Source: Gammaproteobacteria bacterium
GTDB lineage: Bacteria > Pseudomonadota > Gammaproteobacteria > JAJDYQ01
DNA: 64,000 bases
Reading direction: 5' to 3'
Assembly: GCA_965214035.1 (NCBI GenBank)
Contig: OZ243932.1
Span: forward strand, 1,768,305-1,832,304
The notes beneath the pieces were generated by a model that saw only the letters and a program-made list of their open reading frames with translations, was not told the DNA's origin and ran no database searches. A program made the position numbers and the translations under genes. Positions 50,988-61,503 of this stretch are shown in pieces (the first letter of the stretch is position 1; each line of letters opens with the position of its first letter).

Positions 50988-53370
50988 GGTTGATCACCTG
51001 ATGGTAATATCCGGCGAAATGGATCTGCATCTCCTGCGCAATATGTTTCGGCAGCTCGTCAACGTCACGCCGGTTATCTTCCGGCAGGATCACTTCCATA
51101 ATTTTGCTGCGACGGGCAGCAATCAGCTTTTCACGTATGCCACCCACCGGCAGAACCAGACCGGTCAGCGTCAGTTCTCCTGTCATGGCCAAAGGGCGTC
51201 TGACTCGTTGATTAAGCGCCAGAGAAATCAGGGCGGTCGTCATGGTGATGCCTGCACTGGGACCATCTTTGGGCGTCGCGCCCTCAGGAACATGAAGATG
51301 AATAAAGGCCCGGTCGAAGTACCGCCCGTCAATATCAAATGATTCTCTGTTGGCGACCACGAAGCTGTAGGCAATTTCAGCCGATTCTTTCATCACATCG
51401 CCCAGTTGCCCGGTCAGCTTGAGGCCGCGCTGCTTTTCATGTACCCGTGTCGCCTCAATACCAAGTGTTGCACCACCCATCGCTGTCCAGGCCAGGCCAG
51501 TCACAATACCGATGCCACTCATTTTGCGCTCTGCACGAAATACCGGCTTACCCAGATAGCCTTCCAACTGTTTAACGCCGATACGTATCGGGGTCTTTTT
51601 CTTTCTCACAATCTGCACGGCCGCCTTGCGTATGACCTTATTCAGAGACTTTTCCAGACCTCTGACACCGGCTTCGCGGGCATAGCCCAAAATAATTTGC
51701 CGGATGGCTGCATCAGTAATTTTTATCCGGCCGGATCCGGCTCCCGAACGATCCAGCAGCTTCGGCCACAGGTGTGATTTCGCAATGGCCTCTTTCTCTT
51801 CAGCAATGTAACCCGACAACTGGATAATTTCCATCCTGTCCAGCAGCGGGCCCGGAATAGTATCCAGTTGGTTTGCCGTACAGACGAACAACACTCTGGA
51901 TAAGTCAATTCGAACATCCAGATAGTGGTCCAGAAATTCACTGTTCTGCTCAGGGTCAAGCGCCTCAAGCAGGGCTGAAGCCGGATCACCCTGAAACGAA
52001 ACACCGATCTTGTCGATTTCATCCAGCATAATGACTGGATTGGATACCGCCGTACTCTTGATAGCCTGTACAAATTTGCCGGGCATAGCCCCTATGTAGG
52101 TTCGACGATGACCCTTAATCTCCGCTTCATCCCGCATGCCCCCGACACTGAAACGATAAAATTTTCGACCCAGTGCTGCGGCTATTGATTTGCCGACTGA
52201 AGTCTTGCCAACACCGGGCGGACCCACCAACAGAATGATGGAACCGCTGACTTCTCCTTTCAGTGCCCCGACACTGATAAATTCAATAATCCTGTCCTTG
52301 ACATCATCAAGCCCTTCATGGTCGCGGTTCAGAATTCTGCGGGCGTGATTCAGGCTGAGCTTATCAACGGAGTGCCTGCCCCAGGGAATGGAGGTCAGCC
52401 AGTCCAGATAATTGCGTGTCACGGCATATTCAGGAGAACCGGTTTCCAGCACAGAAAGTTTGTCCATTTCCTCCTCAATAACTTTCATGGCCTGAGAGGA
52501 TACTTCCAGCCCCTGCAGGCGCTCATGGAATTTATCCATATCGGCAGTGCGGTCATCCTTTGATATGCCGAGCTCTTTCTGGATTTCCTTGAGCTGCTGA
52601 CGAAGAAAAAACCGCCTTTGCTGCTCCTGTATTTTCCCCTCAACGCGATTGCGAATACGGGATTGAAGACGACCGACCTCCAGCTCCTGTTTCAGCAACG
52701 CGATCACCTTTTCCATGCGCCTGACAAGCGGAACCGTTCGCAGAATGTCCAGCAATTCATCAGCACCGGCAGAAGCCAGAATGGCACCAAAGTCTGCCAG
52801 TGAAGAAGGCTGGCTGGGGTTAAATCGCTCCAGATGTGTTTTTAATTCTTCTCCATACAGTGGATTGAGTGGCAAAAGCTCCTTAATGATGCCGATAATG
52901 GCATTACCATAGGCGCGCAACTCTTTGGCATCTTCTTCCGGTTCAGCCGGGTACTCAACCTGTGCCATAAAAGGGCGCTTTTTCGATACCCATTTGACAA
53001 TACGAAAGCGCTCAAGACCTTCCGCAATAAATTGTATCTTACCGTCTTCCTTCAGCGGATGATGCATACGAGCAATACTGCCCATCTCGATAAAATCTTC
53101 AAATGTGGCTGTGTCTATAGCATCTGTATCGACCATCACCAAACCAACCATGTGATGGGCCACCTCACCAATTTCCTTGACGGTCTCTAACCAGTATTCC
53201 TCATTCATCTGGATGGGCAGTGCCTGCACCGGTAGAAACGGCCGGTCGGCAACCGGCAAAATGTGAATTGTGGCCGGCAACACCTGACCAGGAATACTCA
53301 GATCGGAACCAGCAGCGTCGCCCTGTCCGGCAGAAATGACTTCTCCATCCTCAATAATTTCTTCAGCCAC
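50974..53370 (-). CDS. lon: Endopeptidase La (Lon)
   Basis: GPPGVGKTS, HRRTYIGAMPG, KDGPSAG, AMTGELTL, GGIREK. Confidence 0.96.
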   Translation of the reverse strand: MAEEIIEDGEVISAGQGDAAGSDLSIPGQVLPATIHILPVADRPFLPVQALPIQMNEEYWLETVKEIGEVAHHMVGLVMVDTDAIDTATFEDFIEMGSIARMHHPLKEDGKIQFIAEGLERFRIVKWVSKKRPFMAQVEYPAEPEEDAKELRAYGNAIIGIIKELLPLNPLYGEELKTHLERFNPSQPSSLADFGAILASAGADELLDILRTVPLVRRMEKVIALLKQELEVGRLQSRIRNRVEGKIQEQQRRFFLRQQLKEIQKELGISKDDRTADMDKFHERLQGLEVSSQAMKVIEEEMDKLSVLETGSPEYAVTRNYLDWLTSIPWGRHSVDKLSLNHARRILNRDHEGLDDVKDRIIEFISVGALKGEVSGSIILLVGPPGVGKTSVGKSIAAALGRKFYRFSVGGMRDEAEIKGHRRTYIGAMPGKFVQAIKSTAVSNPVIMLDEIDKIGVSFQGDPASALLEALDPEQNSEFLDHYLDVRIDLSRVLFVCTANQLDTIPGPLLDRMEIIQLSGYIAEEKEAIAKSHLWPKLLDRSGAGSGRIKITDAAIRQIILGYAREAGVRGLEKSLNKVIRKAAVQIVRKKKTPIRIGVKQLEGYLGKPVFRAERKMSGIGIVTGLAWTAMGGATLGIEATRVHEKQRGLKLTGQLGDVMKESAEIAYSFVVANRESFDIDGRYFDRAFIHLHVPEGATPKDGPSAGITMTTALISLALNQRVRRPLAMTGELTLTGLVLPVGGIREKLIAARRSKIMEVILPEDNRRDVDELPKHIAQEMQIHFAGYYHQVINLVFR

Positions 53371-53540
53371 GCTACTGCTCCTCTTTAATCTGGAAAATGT
53401 ATATCAGGGCATCGACAAGAGTATCAAGCCGGATTCAGTCCATTTCGCGAAATCCATGTGACCATTTGCCACCCGGTCATCACCCCTGTTCTGCATTTGC
53501 AATGTGGCTTGCCTTCTCTTAACAAAGGTTAGACAAATAT

Positions 53541-53593
53541 ATTAGATTTTCTGAATATAATAGATTGCGAATATAATAAAACTCTTATACTAT
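53541..53593 (+). promoter_or_regulatory. Three tandem 16-bp quasi-palindromes overlapping a TTGCGA-N17-TACTAT promoter
   Basis: ATTAGATTTTCTGAAT / ATAATAGATTGCGAAT / ATAATAAAACTCTTAT at 53541, 53557 and 53573. Confidence 0.55.
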
Positions 53594-53660
53594 GCTCTTG
53601 TCCTGTGAATATCGGTTCACAAGAATTTGTAATATTTTTTACTAATCAGGAGGTTTAACC

Positions 53661-54146
53661 ATGAAATCCATCTCTATTGTAGTTCTGGCAGCGGCTCTGA
53701 CCGCTTCTGCCGCTTCGGCTTCTTCTTTTTTCGGTGACGACGGTCAGGGCAATGCCAATTTCAACGGCAAGGGCCGCGGCACAGGTAAGGCTGCCGGCGA
53801 GGGTGCCTTCTCCATGACTTTTTCCGGCAAGGCAAAAGGCCATATGGATGCCAACTCCGATGTAAGGGGCAATACTGACAGCTATGCCTCTGATAACGGC
53901 TACAATCAGGCCGATAATAATCAGGGGCGTCTGAACTCTGATTTTAACGGTCAGGGTAAAGGCTCCGCTACAGGCGAAGGTGAGTTCAGTTTTTCCTTCA
54001 GTGGCAAGGGCAAGGGTGATATGAACATGAGATCTGACATGAACACTCACGGTGACGGCTACTCTTATAGCGGTTATAATGGCTACTCTCCCTACTACAG
54101 GGCCCCTGTTGCACCTGCTGCCGGGCAGGCACCCGCCACAAAGTAA
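53661..54146 (+). CDS. Secreted Gly-rich sulfur globule envelope (SgpA/B-like) protein
   Basis: AGGAGG RBS, Sec signal peptide, two GEGxFSxxFSGKxKG repeats, Tyr/Gly then Pro/Ala tail (GYSPYYRAPVAPAA). Confidence 0.65.
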   Translation: MKSISIVVLAAALTASAASASSFFGDDGQGNANFNGKGRGTGKAAGEGAFSMTFSGKAKGHMDANSDVRGNTDSYASDNGYNQADNNQGRLNSDFNGQGKGSATGEGEFSFSFSGKGKGDMNMRSDMNTHGDGYSYSGYNGYSPYYRAPVAPAAGQAPATK

Positions 54147-54188
54147 GCTGGCATACCACTTTATTCCTCTATAGTCTGGAGGAAGCTC

Positions 54189-54224
54189 AAAAGCCCCTTC
54201 GATGAAAATCGGAGGGGCTTTTTT
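54189..54224 (+). terminator. Rho-independent terminator
   Basis: aaaagccccttcgat-gaaa-atcggaggggctttttt. Confidence 0.9.
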
Positions 54225-54507
54225 GTGTCAGTTCTGTTAGAATGGCTGATTTTTTCCGGCCTGATGTGTGTTTCGCCGACTGCTGATTTAATTCAGGCGG
54301 CTTTTACCTTATCAGGCCTGCCGGGGGTTCCGTGATTCGGAGTTTCCTGCAGTACAAGGATGTACCACTAAAATCAATGGCCAGGGTCATTGATTTTGCG
54401 AGGAAAACAAAAGACTTATTTTTGTTTTCTGTAATCTGGCAAGCCTGAAGCGAACTCGTTTCAGGCTTCTTTAACTTTGTCCTTCAATTTCAACCAGAGC
54501 GACTAAC

Positions 54508-56595
54508 ATGACTGACTTATCCGTTTACCGAAATATCGGTATTTTCGCCCATGTGGATGCCGGCAAAACGACAACGACCGAGCGCATTCTGAAACTGACC
54601 GGAAAGATTCACCAAATCGGTGAAGTGCATGATGGTGCCGCCACTACCGACTTCATGGAACAGGAGCAGGAACGTGGCATTACCATTCAGTCCGCCGCGA
54701 CTTCCTGCATGTGGAATAAACATCGTCTGAATATTATTGACACTCCCGGCCACGTCGATTTCACCATCGAGGTTTATCGTTCATTGAAAGTGCTCGACGG
54801 TGGGGTCGGCGTATTCTGCGGTTCCGGCGGCGTGGAGCCCCAGTCTGAAACCAACTGGCGCTACGCCAATGAATCTGAAGTGGCCCGCATTATTTTTGTC
54901 AACAAACTCGACCGCGTAGGCGCAGACTTCTATCGTGTAGTGAAACAGATTGAAGATGTACTTGGCGCGAATCCTCTGGTGATGACTCTGCCTATCGGCA
55001 TCGAGGATCAGTTCACCGGCATTGTCGATCTGTTGACCCGCAAGGCATGGGTCTGGGACGATTCGGGCGACCCCATTAACTACAATGTTATTGACCCCCC
55101 GGCAGATATGGCAGACAGGATTGAACAGTATCGCGAGAAAATTATAGAAACGGCCATTGAGCAGGACGATGACATCATGGAGGCCTATCTGGATGGTCGT
55201 GAACCTGATATCGACACCGTCCGCAAATTGATTCGCAAGGGCACTATCGCTCTGGATTTTTTCCCGACCTATTGTGGTTCTGCATTCAAAAACAAAGGCG
55301 TTCAGCCGGTACTGGACGCGGTCGTTGATTATCTGCCGGCCCCAACGGAGGTCAAACCTCAACCAGAAGTTGATCCGGAGGGTAACGAAACCGGTGATCT
55401 GGCAGTCGTTGACCCTGACCGTCCACTGCGTGCCCTGGCATTCAAGATCATGGATGACCGTTTCGGCACCCTGACTTTTATCCGTATCTATTCAGGCAAA
55501 ATCTGCAAGGGTGACACTGTCCTGAATGCCTTTACCGGAAAAACCGAACGCATCGGTCGCATGGTAGAGATGCACGCTGATTCCCGTGAAGAGTTGGAAT
55601 CTGCTCAGGCTGGCGACATTATCGCGGTTGTCGGCATGAAAAATGTACAGACCGGTCACACCCTCTGTGATCCCAACAATCCGGCCACTCTGGAACCCAT
55701 GGTATTCCCGGATCCGGTTATTTCCATTGCAGTGACACCCAAAGATAAAGCGTCTGTTGAAAAAATGGGCATCGCCATCAACAAGATGATTAAAGAAGAC
55801 CCTTCGTTCTATGTCGAGACCGATGAAGAAAGCGGCGAGACCATCCTCAAAGGCATGGGCGAGCTGCACCTCGATGTCAAAGTGGATATCCTCAGACGTA
55901 CCTATGGCGTGGAAGTGGCAGTAGGCAAGCCCCAGGTAGCCTACCGTGAAACCATCACTCAGCGTATCGAAGACAGCTATACCCACAAGAAGCAAACGGG
56001 TGGTTCCGGTCAGTTTGGCAGGATCGACTATGTGGTTGAGCCCGGCGAGCCCAACAGCGGCTTCCAGTTTGAATCCACAGTCACCGGCGGTAATGTGCCC
56101 CGCGAATTCTGGCCCGCGGTCGAAAAAGGTTTCCGGCTCAGCATGGAAAAGGGCACGCTGGCCAGCTATCCGTTGCTTGACGTTAAAATCACTCTGTCTG
56201 ACGGTGCTTACCACCCGGTGGATTCCTCAGCGGTCGCTTTCGAGATCGCAGCAAAAAGCGCCTATCGCCAGACCATTCCAAAGGCCTCTCCACAGTTGAT
56301 GGAACCTGTCATGAAGGTTGATGTATTCGTACATGAAGACTATGTTGGTGATGTGATCGGCGACCTGAACCGTCGGCGCGGCATCATTCGATCCCAGGAA
56401 TCAGGGACAACCAGCATTCGCATTCAGGCTGATGTACCCTTAAGCGAAATGTTCGGCTACATCGGCGATCTGCGCACCATGACCTCTGGCCGCGGTCAGT
56501 TCTCGATGGAGTTTTCTCACTATACGGCCTGTCCGAAAAATATTGCGGATGAGGTGATCAAGGAAGTGCGGGAGCGAGAGGCCGCGAAGACATGA
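54508..56595 (+). CDS. fusA: Elongation factor G (stand-alone paralogue)
   Basis: [40 protein letters not shown]; not in an rpsL-rpsG-tuf context. Confidence 0.95.
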   Translation: MTDLSVYRNIGIFAHVDAGKTTTTERILKLTGKIHQIGEVHDGAATTDFMEQEQERGITIQSAATSCMWNKHRLNIIDTPGHVDFTIEVYRSLKVLDGGVGVFCGSGGVEPQSETNWRYANESEVARIIFVNKLDRVGADFYRVVKQIEDVLGANPLVMTLPIGIEDQFTGIVDLLTRKAWVWDDSGDPINYNVIDPPADMADRIEQYREKIIETAIEQDDDIMEAYLDGREPDIDTVRKLIRKGTIALDFFPTYCGSAFKNKGVQPVLDAVVDYLPAPTEVKPQPEVDPEGNETGDLAVVDPDRPLRALAFKIMDDRFGTLTFIRIYSGKICKGDTVLNAFTGKTERIGRMVEMHADSREELESAQAGDIIAVVGMKNVQTGHTLCDPNNPATLEPMVFPDPVISIAVTPKDKASVEKMGIAINKMIKEDPSFYVETDEESGETILKGMGELHLDVKVDILRRTYGVEVAVGKPQVAYRETITQRIEDSYTHKKQTGGSGQFGRIDYVVEPGEPNSGFQFESTVTGGNVPREFWPAVEKGFRLSMEKGTLASYPLLDVKITLSDGAYHPVDSSAVAFEIAAKSAYRQTIPKASPQLMEPVMKVDVFVHEDYVGDVIGDLNRRRGIIRSQESGTTSIRIQADVPLSEMFGYIGDLRTMTSGRGQFSMEFSHYTACPKNIADEVIKEVREREAAKT

Positions 56596-56673
56596 ACTAT
56601 CAAGGTGGCTTGCTAACCAACGACGGCAGACACTATCAACTCTCAGTCATTGACCAGAGTCCAGATTGGGATA

Positions 56674-56704
56674 CCCCGGCATTTTATCAATAAAAATGCC
56701 GGGG
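56674..56704. terminator. Hairpin between convergent fusA and fumarase genes
   Basis: ccccggcatttt-N7-aaaatgccgggg, 12-bp perfect stem. Confidence 0.7.
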
Positions 56705-56753
56705 CCTGTTTCAGGGCAGCACCCATCCCAAACTGTTCAAGAAGGCAAAGTGT

Positions 56754-58262
56754 TCATTGCATTTCAACTTCAACCTGCCACTGTCGAGGACCGGTTTCAT
56801 GCACGGAGCTGCCCCGGCTATCGACAGCTACGGTGACCGGCATGTCCTCAACTTCAAACTCGTAGATCGCTTCCATACCGAGGTCTTCAAACGCTATCAC
56901 TCTCGCCGACTTGACCGCTTGTGATACCAGATAGGCCGCCCCACCTACCGCCATGAGATAAACTGCCTGATGTTTTTTTATGGCTTCTATGGCCACAGGC
57001 CCCCGCTCGGCCTTGCCGATCATGCCTGCCAGACCTGTTTTGGCCAGCATCATGTCGGTGAATTTGTCCATGCGTGTCGCTGTTGTCGGTCCCGCCGGGC
57101 CAACGACCTCGCCGCGCACCGGATCAACCGGACCGACGTAGTAAATAAACCTGTCGGTAAAATCGACTCCTGCCGGCAGCCCTTCGCCTGAATCGAGCAG
57201 TTCCTTGATACGCTTGTGAGCGGCATCGCGACCGGTCAGCATCCTGCCGGTCAGCAGTATGCGCTCTCCGGGCCGCCAGTCTCTTACGTCTTCCCGGCGC
57301 AGCTCGTCGAGATTAACGCGGCGCGCATCATCTCCAGCCTCCCAGGTAACATCCGGCCAGTCCCGCAGGCTCGGCGGCGTGAATACCGCCGGGCCGGAAC
57401 CGTTCAGACTGAACTCTATATGGCGTGTGGCAGCACAGTTGGGAATCATACCGACCGGCAGTGATGCAGCGTGAGTCGGGTATTCCATAATTTTGACATC
57501 AAGCACTGTGGTCAGTCCGCCCAACCCCTGCGCACCTATGCCCAGAGCATTCACCCTCTGGTAGATTTCCAGACGCAGCTCTTCTGTATGGCTTGACGGG
57601 CCGCGCTCCATCAGCTCGTGCATGTCAATGGGTTGCATCAGCGATTCCTTGGCCATAACCATAGCCTTTTCCGCAGTGCCACCTATACCTATGCCAAGGA
57701 TACCGGGCGGACACCAGCCGGCACCCATGCCCGGCACGGTCTTTTCTACCCAGTCCGACAGGGAGTCGCTCGGATTCAAAATCGTAAACCTGGATTTATT
57801 CTCGGAACCACCACCCTTGGCAGCCACCATAAAGTCGATTTCTTCTCCGGGCACCATTTCCAGATGTATGACGGCCGGTGTATTGTCACCGGTGTTCCTG
57901 CGATGACCAACCGGCGGATCAACTACGGAAGCACGCAAGGGGTTGTCGGGGTGCAGATAGGCACGACGTACTCCCTCGTTAATCATATCGCCCAGAGACA
58001 TGGTTCCTTCAAAGCGTATATCCATACCAAGCCTGACGAATACCGTGACGATACCGGTATCCTGACACATGGGCCGCTTGCCTTCGGCACTCATCCGTGA
58101 ATTGACAAGAATCTGCGCCATCGCATCCTTTGCGGCAGGCGACTTTTCCCGCTCCCAGGCCCGCCCCAGGGCCTGTATGTAGTCAAGGGGGTGGTAACAG
58201 GATATGTATTGCAGGGCATCTGCCATGCTGTCAATCAGGTCAGCTTGTTTAATCGTAGTCAC
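56754..58262 (-). CDS. Class I (Fe-S) fumarate hydratase
   Basis: PMCQDTG, AKGGGSENK, GRDAAHKR, GPTTATRMD. Confidence 0.94.
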   Translation of the reverse strand: MTTIKQADLIDSMADALQYISCYHPLDYIQALGRAWEREKSPAAKDAMAQILVNSRMSAEGKRPMCQDTGIVTVFVRLGMDIRFEGTMSLGDMINEGVRRAYLHPDNPLRASVVDPPVGHRRNTGDNTPAVIHLEMVPGEEIDFMVAAKGGGSENKSRFTILNPSDSLSDWVEKTVPGMGAGWCPPGILGIGIGGTAEKAMVMAKESLMQPIDMHELMERGPSSHTEELRLEIYQRVNALGIGAQGLGGLTTVLDVKIMEYPTHAASLPVGMIPNCAATRHIEFSLNGSGPAVFTPPSLRDWPDVTWEAGDDARRVNLDELRREDVRDWRPGERILLTGRMLTGRDAAHKRIKELLDSGEGLPAGVDFTDRFIYYVGPVDPVRGEVVGPAGPTTATRMDKFTDMMLAKTGLAGMIGKAERGPVAIEAIKKHQAVYLMAVGGAAYLVSQAVKSARVIAFEDLGMEAIYEFEVEDMPVTVAVDSRGSSVHETGPRQWQVEVEMQ

Positions 58263-58414
58263 GATCTGTACTTGTCCAGGTCATTGGCTGTGCCGGCAGT
58301 ATTGCAGCTTGAGGTCTGATTTACAAATACCGGCACTACCGGTCTTTCCAGAGGCCATGTTGCTGGCAGGGTATGTCGGACCGCCGACAAAGCTTTTCAC
58401 ATACCCACATACCA

Positions 58415-58951
58415 TCAAACAATTTCAATGCGCGACCAGTCAAAAGCCGGGCCGGGGTCGGTTTTTCGTCCCGGCGCTATGTCGCTGTGGCCGACAATGG
58501 CCTGCGGGTGAATACCGGTGTATGTTTTCCGCAACAGGTGAATCGTCTCTGCCAATACTTCATATTGTCTTTCTTCATAGGGAATATCGTCGGCACCTTC
58601 CAGCTCAATACCGACGGAGAAGTCGTTACAGTGTTTGCAGCCCTTGTATTCCGACACACCGGCGTGCCAGGCCCGCCTATGAAAAGGTACATACTGGATA
58701 ATTCTGCCGTCTCGACGAATCAGCAAATGGGATGACACCCGTAATTCGCAAAGTTTACAGTAATCGGCAGATTCTCGCGGGTCGAGCGTGTTGGTAAAGA
58801 GTTGCGTAATCCCTTCCCCACCGAAATCATTCGGTGGCACACTGATGTTGTGAATCACAATCAGCGAAATAGCATCAGCATTCGGCCGGTCATCACAGTT
58901 GGGGGATTCAATGTATTCGGCAACATCAAGCAGACCATTGTTAATTTTCAT
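58415..58951 (-). CDS. ampD: 1,6-anhydro-N-acetylmuramyl-L-alanine amidase
   Basis: IVIHNISVPP, VSSHLLI, RAWHAG, GIELEG, GHSDIAPGRKTDPG. Confidence 0.96.
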   Translation of the reverse strand: MKINNGLLDVAEYIESPNCDDRPNADAISLIVIHNISVPPNDFGGEGITQLFTNTLDPRESADYCKLCELRVSSHLLIRRDGRIIQYVPFHRRAWHAGVSEYKGCKHCNDFSVGIELEGADDIPYEERQYEVLAETIHLLRKTYTGIHPQAIVGHSDIAPGRKTDPGPAFDWSRIEIV

Positions 58952-58959
58952 CCGGTCAG

Positions 58960-59604
58960 CTATGCGTCAAACGGTACTGTGCGCCCTGCATAGGATTCGT
59001 TTTTACGCAGCTCATCATCGGTATGTCTTTCAGGTTCTGCCATGGCCTGTATGCCCGGTTGCTCCCCGTCGGGCGTATATATAATGATCGGTTTGTGATG
59101 CGTGGCTGCGTAGGTCTCTCTGCCCAGTCCTGCCAACTGCACCTCTGTTTCACCGTAGCAGGTGCAGAAATAGGTCTCCGCTGGCCGGCTGTCCAGATAA
59201 AATGCGGCATCTTTTATACGGATAATCGCCGAGCGGGTATAAATGGTTTTGGGTTCCCCACCGAAATTCCCCAGCAGCGCCCCGGTCAGCAGATGCAAAC
59301 CGGTTCCGGTTTCCAGCTTCAATGAGGTACCACCACGCAACCGGTAAACATCCTGTCCAATACTGAAGGTCAGGCCAGAACCATGGGAAACCGTCACCTG
59401 ATCACCAAAATTAATCTGTGTTGCAAGCATGATTGGCTCACGGTTACGGAAGGCCGTACCTTGCAGTTCATGTACGTTTTGCACCTGAGCATGGCTGTCC
59501 GGCAATATCATGCCAACGCCCGCAGCCGCACCCAGCAACAGGAAGTCCCGACGGCTTGCTGACGGAATATCGCAATGACAGAGGCATGTTTGTCTTTTTT
59601 CCAT
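58960..59604 (-). CDS. Tat-exported FecR-like beta-rich protein
   Basis: SRRDFL Tat motif; GDQVTV..G.L, LLTGALL, TYFCTCYG. Confidence 0.6.
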   Translation of the reverse strand: MEKRQTCLCHCDIPSASRRDFLLLGAAAGVGMILPDSHAQVQNVHELQGTAFRNREPIMLATQINFGDQVTVSHGSGLTFSIGQDVYRLRGGTSLKLETGTGLHLLTGALLGNFGGEPKTIYTRSAIIRIKDAAFYLDSRPAETYFCTCYGETEVQLAGLGRETYAATHHKPIIIYTPDGEQPGIQAMAEPERHTDDELRKNESYAGRTVPFDA

Positions 59605-59764
59605 CTTCTCTCCTTGTACTGTGCCACGGGATTTGCCGACTTATGACCACCTGTATTGTATTCGCCATCCTGTGTATGAGTCCACCATAAACTGTACTTT
59701 TGTTGGTCATGGTTGATAACGGGAATTATAATTAGCCGGGCGGCCTCACCTTGGTTCTGATTTT

Positions 59765-60103
59765 CAGGTCCGGGCAACCGCAGATCCATATTTCATTGAC
59801 CAGATCAGACATGAGCAGCAAGCTGTCTTAAGATTTTCAGCACTTCCCGTCAAAACAACTCCAGAGTATATTGGCTCTGTCGCAATGATATCCGCTGACG
59901 TGATGATCAACGAGGCAACAGGTGAACCGTATTACGCACTGACCATCGATATCGGAGAACCCTTGGGAGATGAGTTGAAACCGCTTGAATTGACACCCGG
60001 TGTGCCAGTGGAGGTGTTTTTGCTAACCGAAGACAGATCACCGCTCAACTATCTGGCCAAGCCATTGACGGATTATCTTGCCAAAGCTTTCAGAGAAAAA
60101 TAA
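59765..60103 (+). pseudogene. C-terminal remnant of a HlyD-family type I secretion adaptor
   Basis: IDQIRHEQQAVLRFSALPVKTTPE...ISAD...GEPYY...LTPGVPVEVF..RSPLNYLAKPL; no N-terminal part or ABC partner. Confidence 0.8.
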
Positions 60104-60453
60104 GGCACACCTGAAACTCTAAAATAAAGGGCGACTATCCCTTGAAAGCAATTAAATAATCTCCCACACCTTCTCAGCCTCAATGCCCAACTGTTATTAT
60201 AAATTTCCTAATCTCACAACCAGTTGGGCGGGGCTACCTAAGCCACAAGTATTGCAGCATATCATTTGCGCTGACACAGAATTTTGAACATCCTTCTCAA
60301 ATTCCAGACCATTCTAAAAATTTGAGAATACTGATGGTCTGATGGTTGAAATAACGGGGCTTTTCCATGAAAAATCACCCTTTGAGGATATTCAGGAAAA
60401 TTCCACTTCTGGGTCCTGCTGCTTTTCGGGGAGGATCACCCACCCACCATCTT

Positions 60454-61503
60454 TCACATTTCTCCGGTATCCTGCACCTTCCAGGTTATAGTCTCTCCTG
60501 CTCTGTAAGGTAGAACGGATAATTCTCCCGAACCGATAATCTCTGGAATTGTTTGCTTTGTCCGTACCAGACTGATTTTCCGGTCATTGATCGGCAGCCC
60601 ATAGAAAGCCGGGCCGTTCAATGATGCGAAAGCCTCGAACTTGTCCAGGGCATTTTCTTCTTCAAATACCTGCGCGTAATTTTCCAGAGCATGCGGTGCG
60701 CTGAATATACCGGCACAGCCGCAGGCGCTTTCTTTCTCATCTGTGGTGTGTGGTGCGGTGTCGGTTCCCAGAAAGAATCGGTTGTTGCCTGAGGTCGCTG
60801 CTTTGCGCAGTGCCTGACGATGTGTTTCGCGCTTGGCTACCGGCAGGCAGTACAGGTGGGGCCTGATACCGCCGGTCAGCATGTCGCTGCGGTTGATTTG
60901 CAGGTGGTGTGCCGTGATCGTGGCAGCGACATTGTCGCCTGCCGCCGCCACAAAGTCGATGGCTTCTTTAGTGGTTATATGCTCGAAAACCACTTTTAGT
61001 TCCGGCATTTCAAACAACAGGGGCACCATAATGGTTTCAATAAAGAAAGCTTCGCGATCAAAGATATCTATATCCGGACTGACGGTCTCGCCATGAACCA
61101 GTAACGGCATACCGATCTGCTGCATCATGTTCAGTACCGGGTAGATTTTTTTTATATCGCTGACACCAGCGGCCGAGTTGGTTGTTGCATTGACCGGATA
61201 GAGTTTTGCCGCTGAAAAAACGCCTTCATCGTAACCGGCCCTGATCTCACCACCGTCGATGGTGTCCGTCAAATAGGCGGTCATCAGAGGTTGAAAGTCG
61301 GGGTAGTCACTCGTGGTCGCCAGAATTCTTTTTTTGTAGTCTGTCGCGGCGGCTATTGTTGTTACCGGCGGGTTGAGATTCGGCATGATGATGGCGCGCC
61401 TGAATCGACAGGCTGTATATCGGGCCACCTGCTTCAGCATGGCACCATCACGTAGATGTACGTGCCAGTCGTCAGGCTGGGTAAGCGTCAGGGAAGTTGC
61501 CAT
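60454..61503 (-). CDS. pyrC: Dihydroorotase (homodimeric type)
   Basis: PDDWHVHLRDG, IMPNL, KLYP..ATTNS, EHITT, LGTDTAPH. Confidence 0.96.
   Translation of the reverse strand: MATSLTLTQPDDWHVHLRDGAMLKQVARYTACRFRRAIIMPNLNPPVTTIAAATDYKKRILATTSDYPDFQPLMTAYLTDTIDGGEIRAGYDEGVFSAAKLYPVNATTNSAAGVSDIKKIYPVLNMMQQIGMPLLVHGETVSPDIDIFDREAFFIETIMVPLLFEMPELKVVFEHITTKEAIDFVAAAGDNVAATITAHHLQINRSDMLTGGIRPHLYCLPVAKRETHRQALRKAATSGNNRFFLGTDTAPHTTDEKESACGCAGIFSAPHALENYAQVFEEENALDKFEAFASLNGPAFYGLPINDRKISLVRTKQTIPEIIGSGELSVLPYRAGETITWKVQDTGEM

Noticed and set aside
60185-60229. Integron attC site (GCCCAAC...GTTGGGC fits RYYYAAC/GTTRRRY)
   Set aside because: Only 45 nt, no clear L boxes, single copy, no integrase or cassette array
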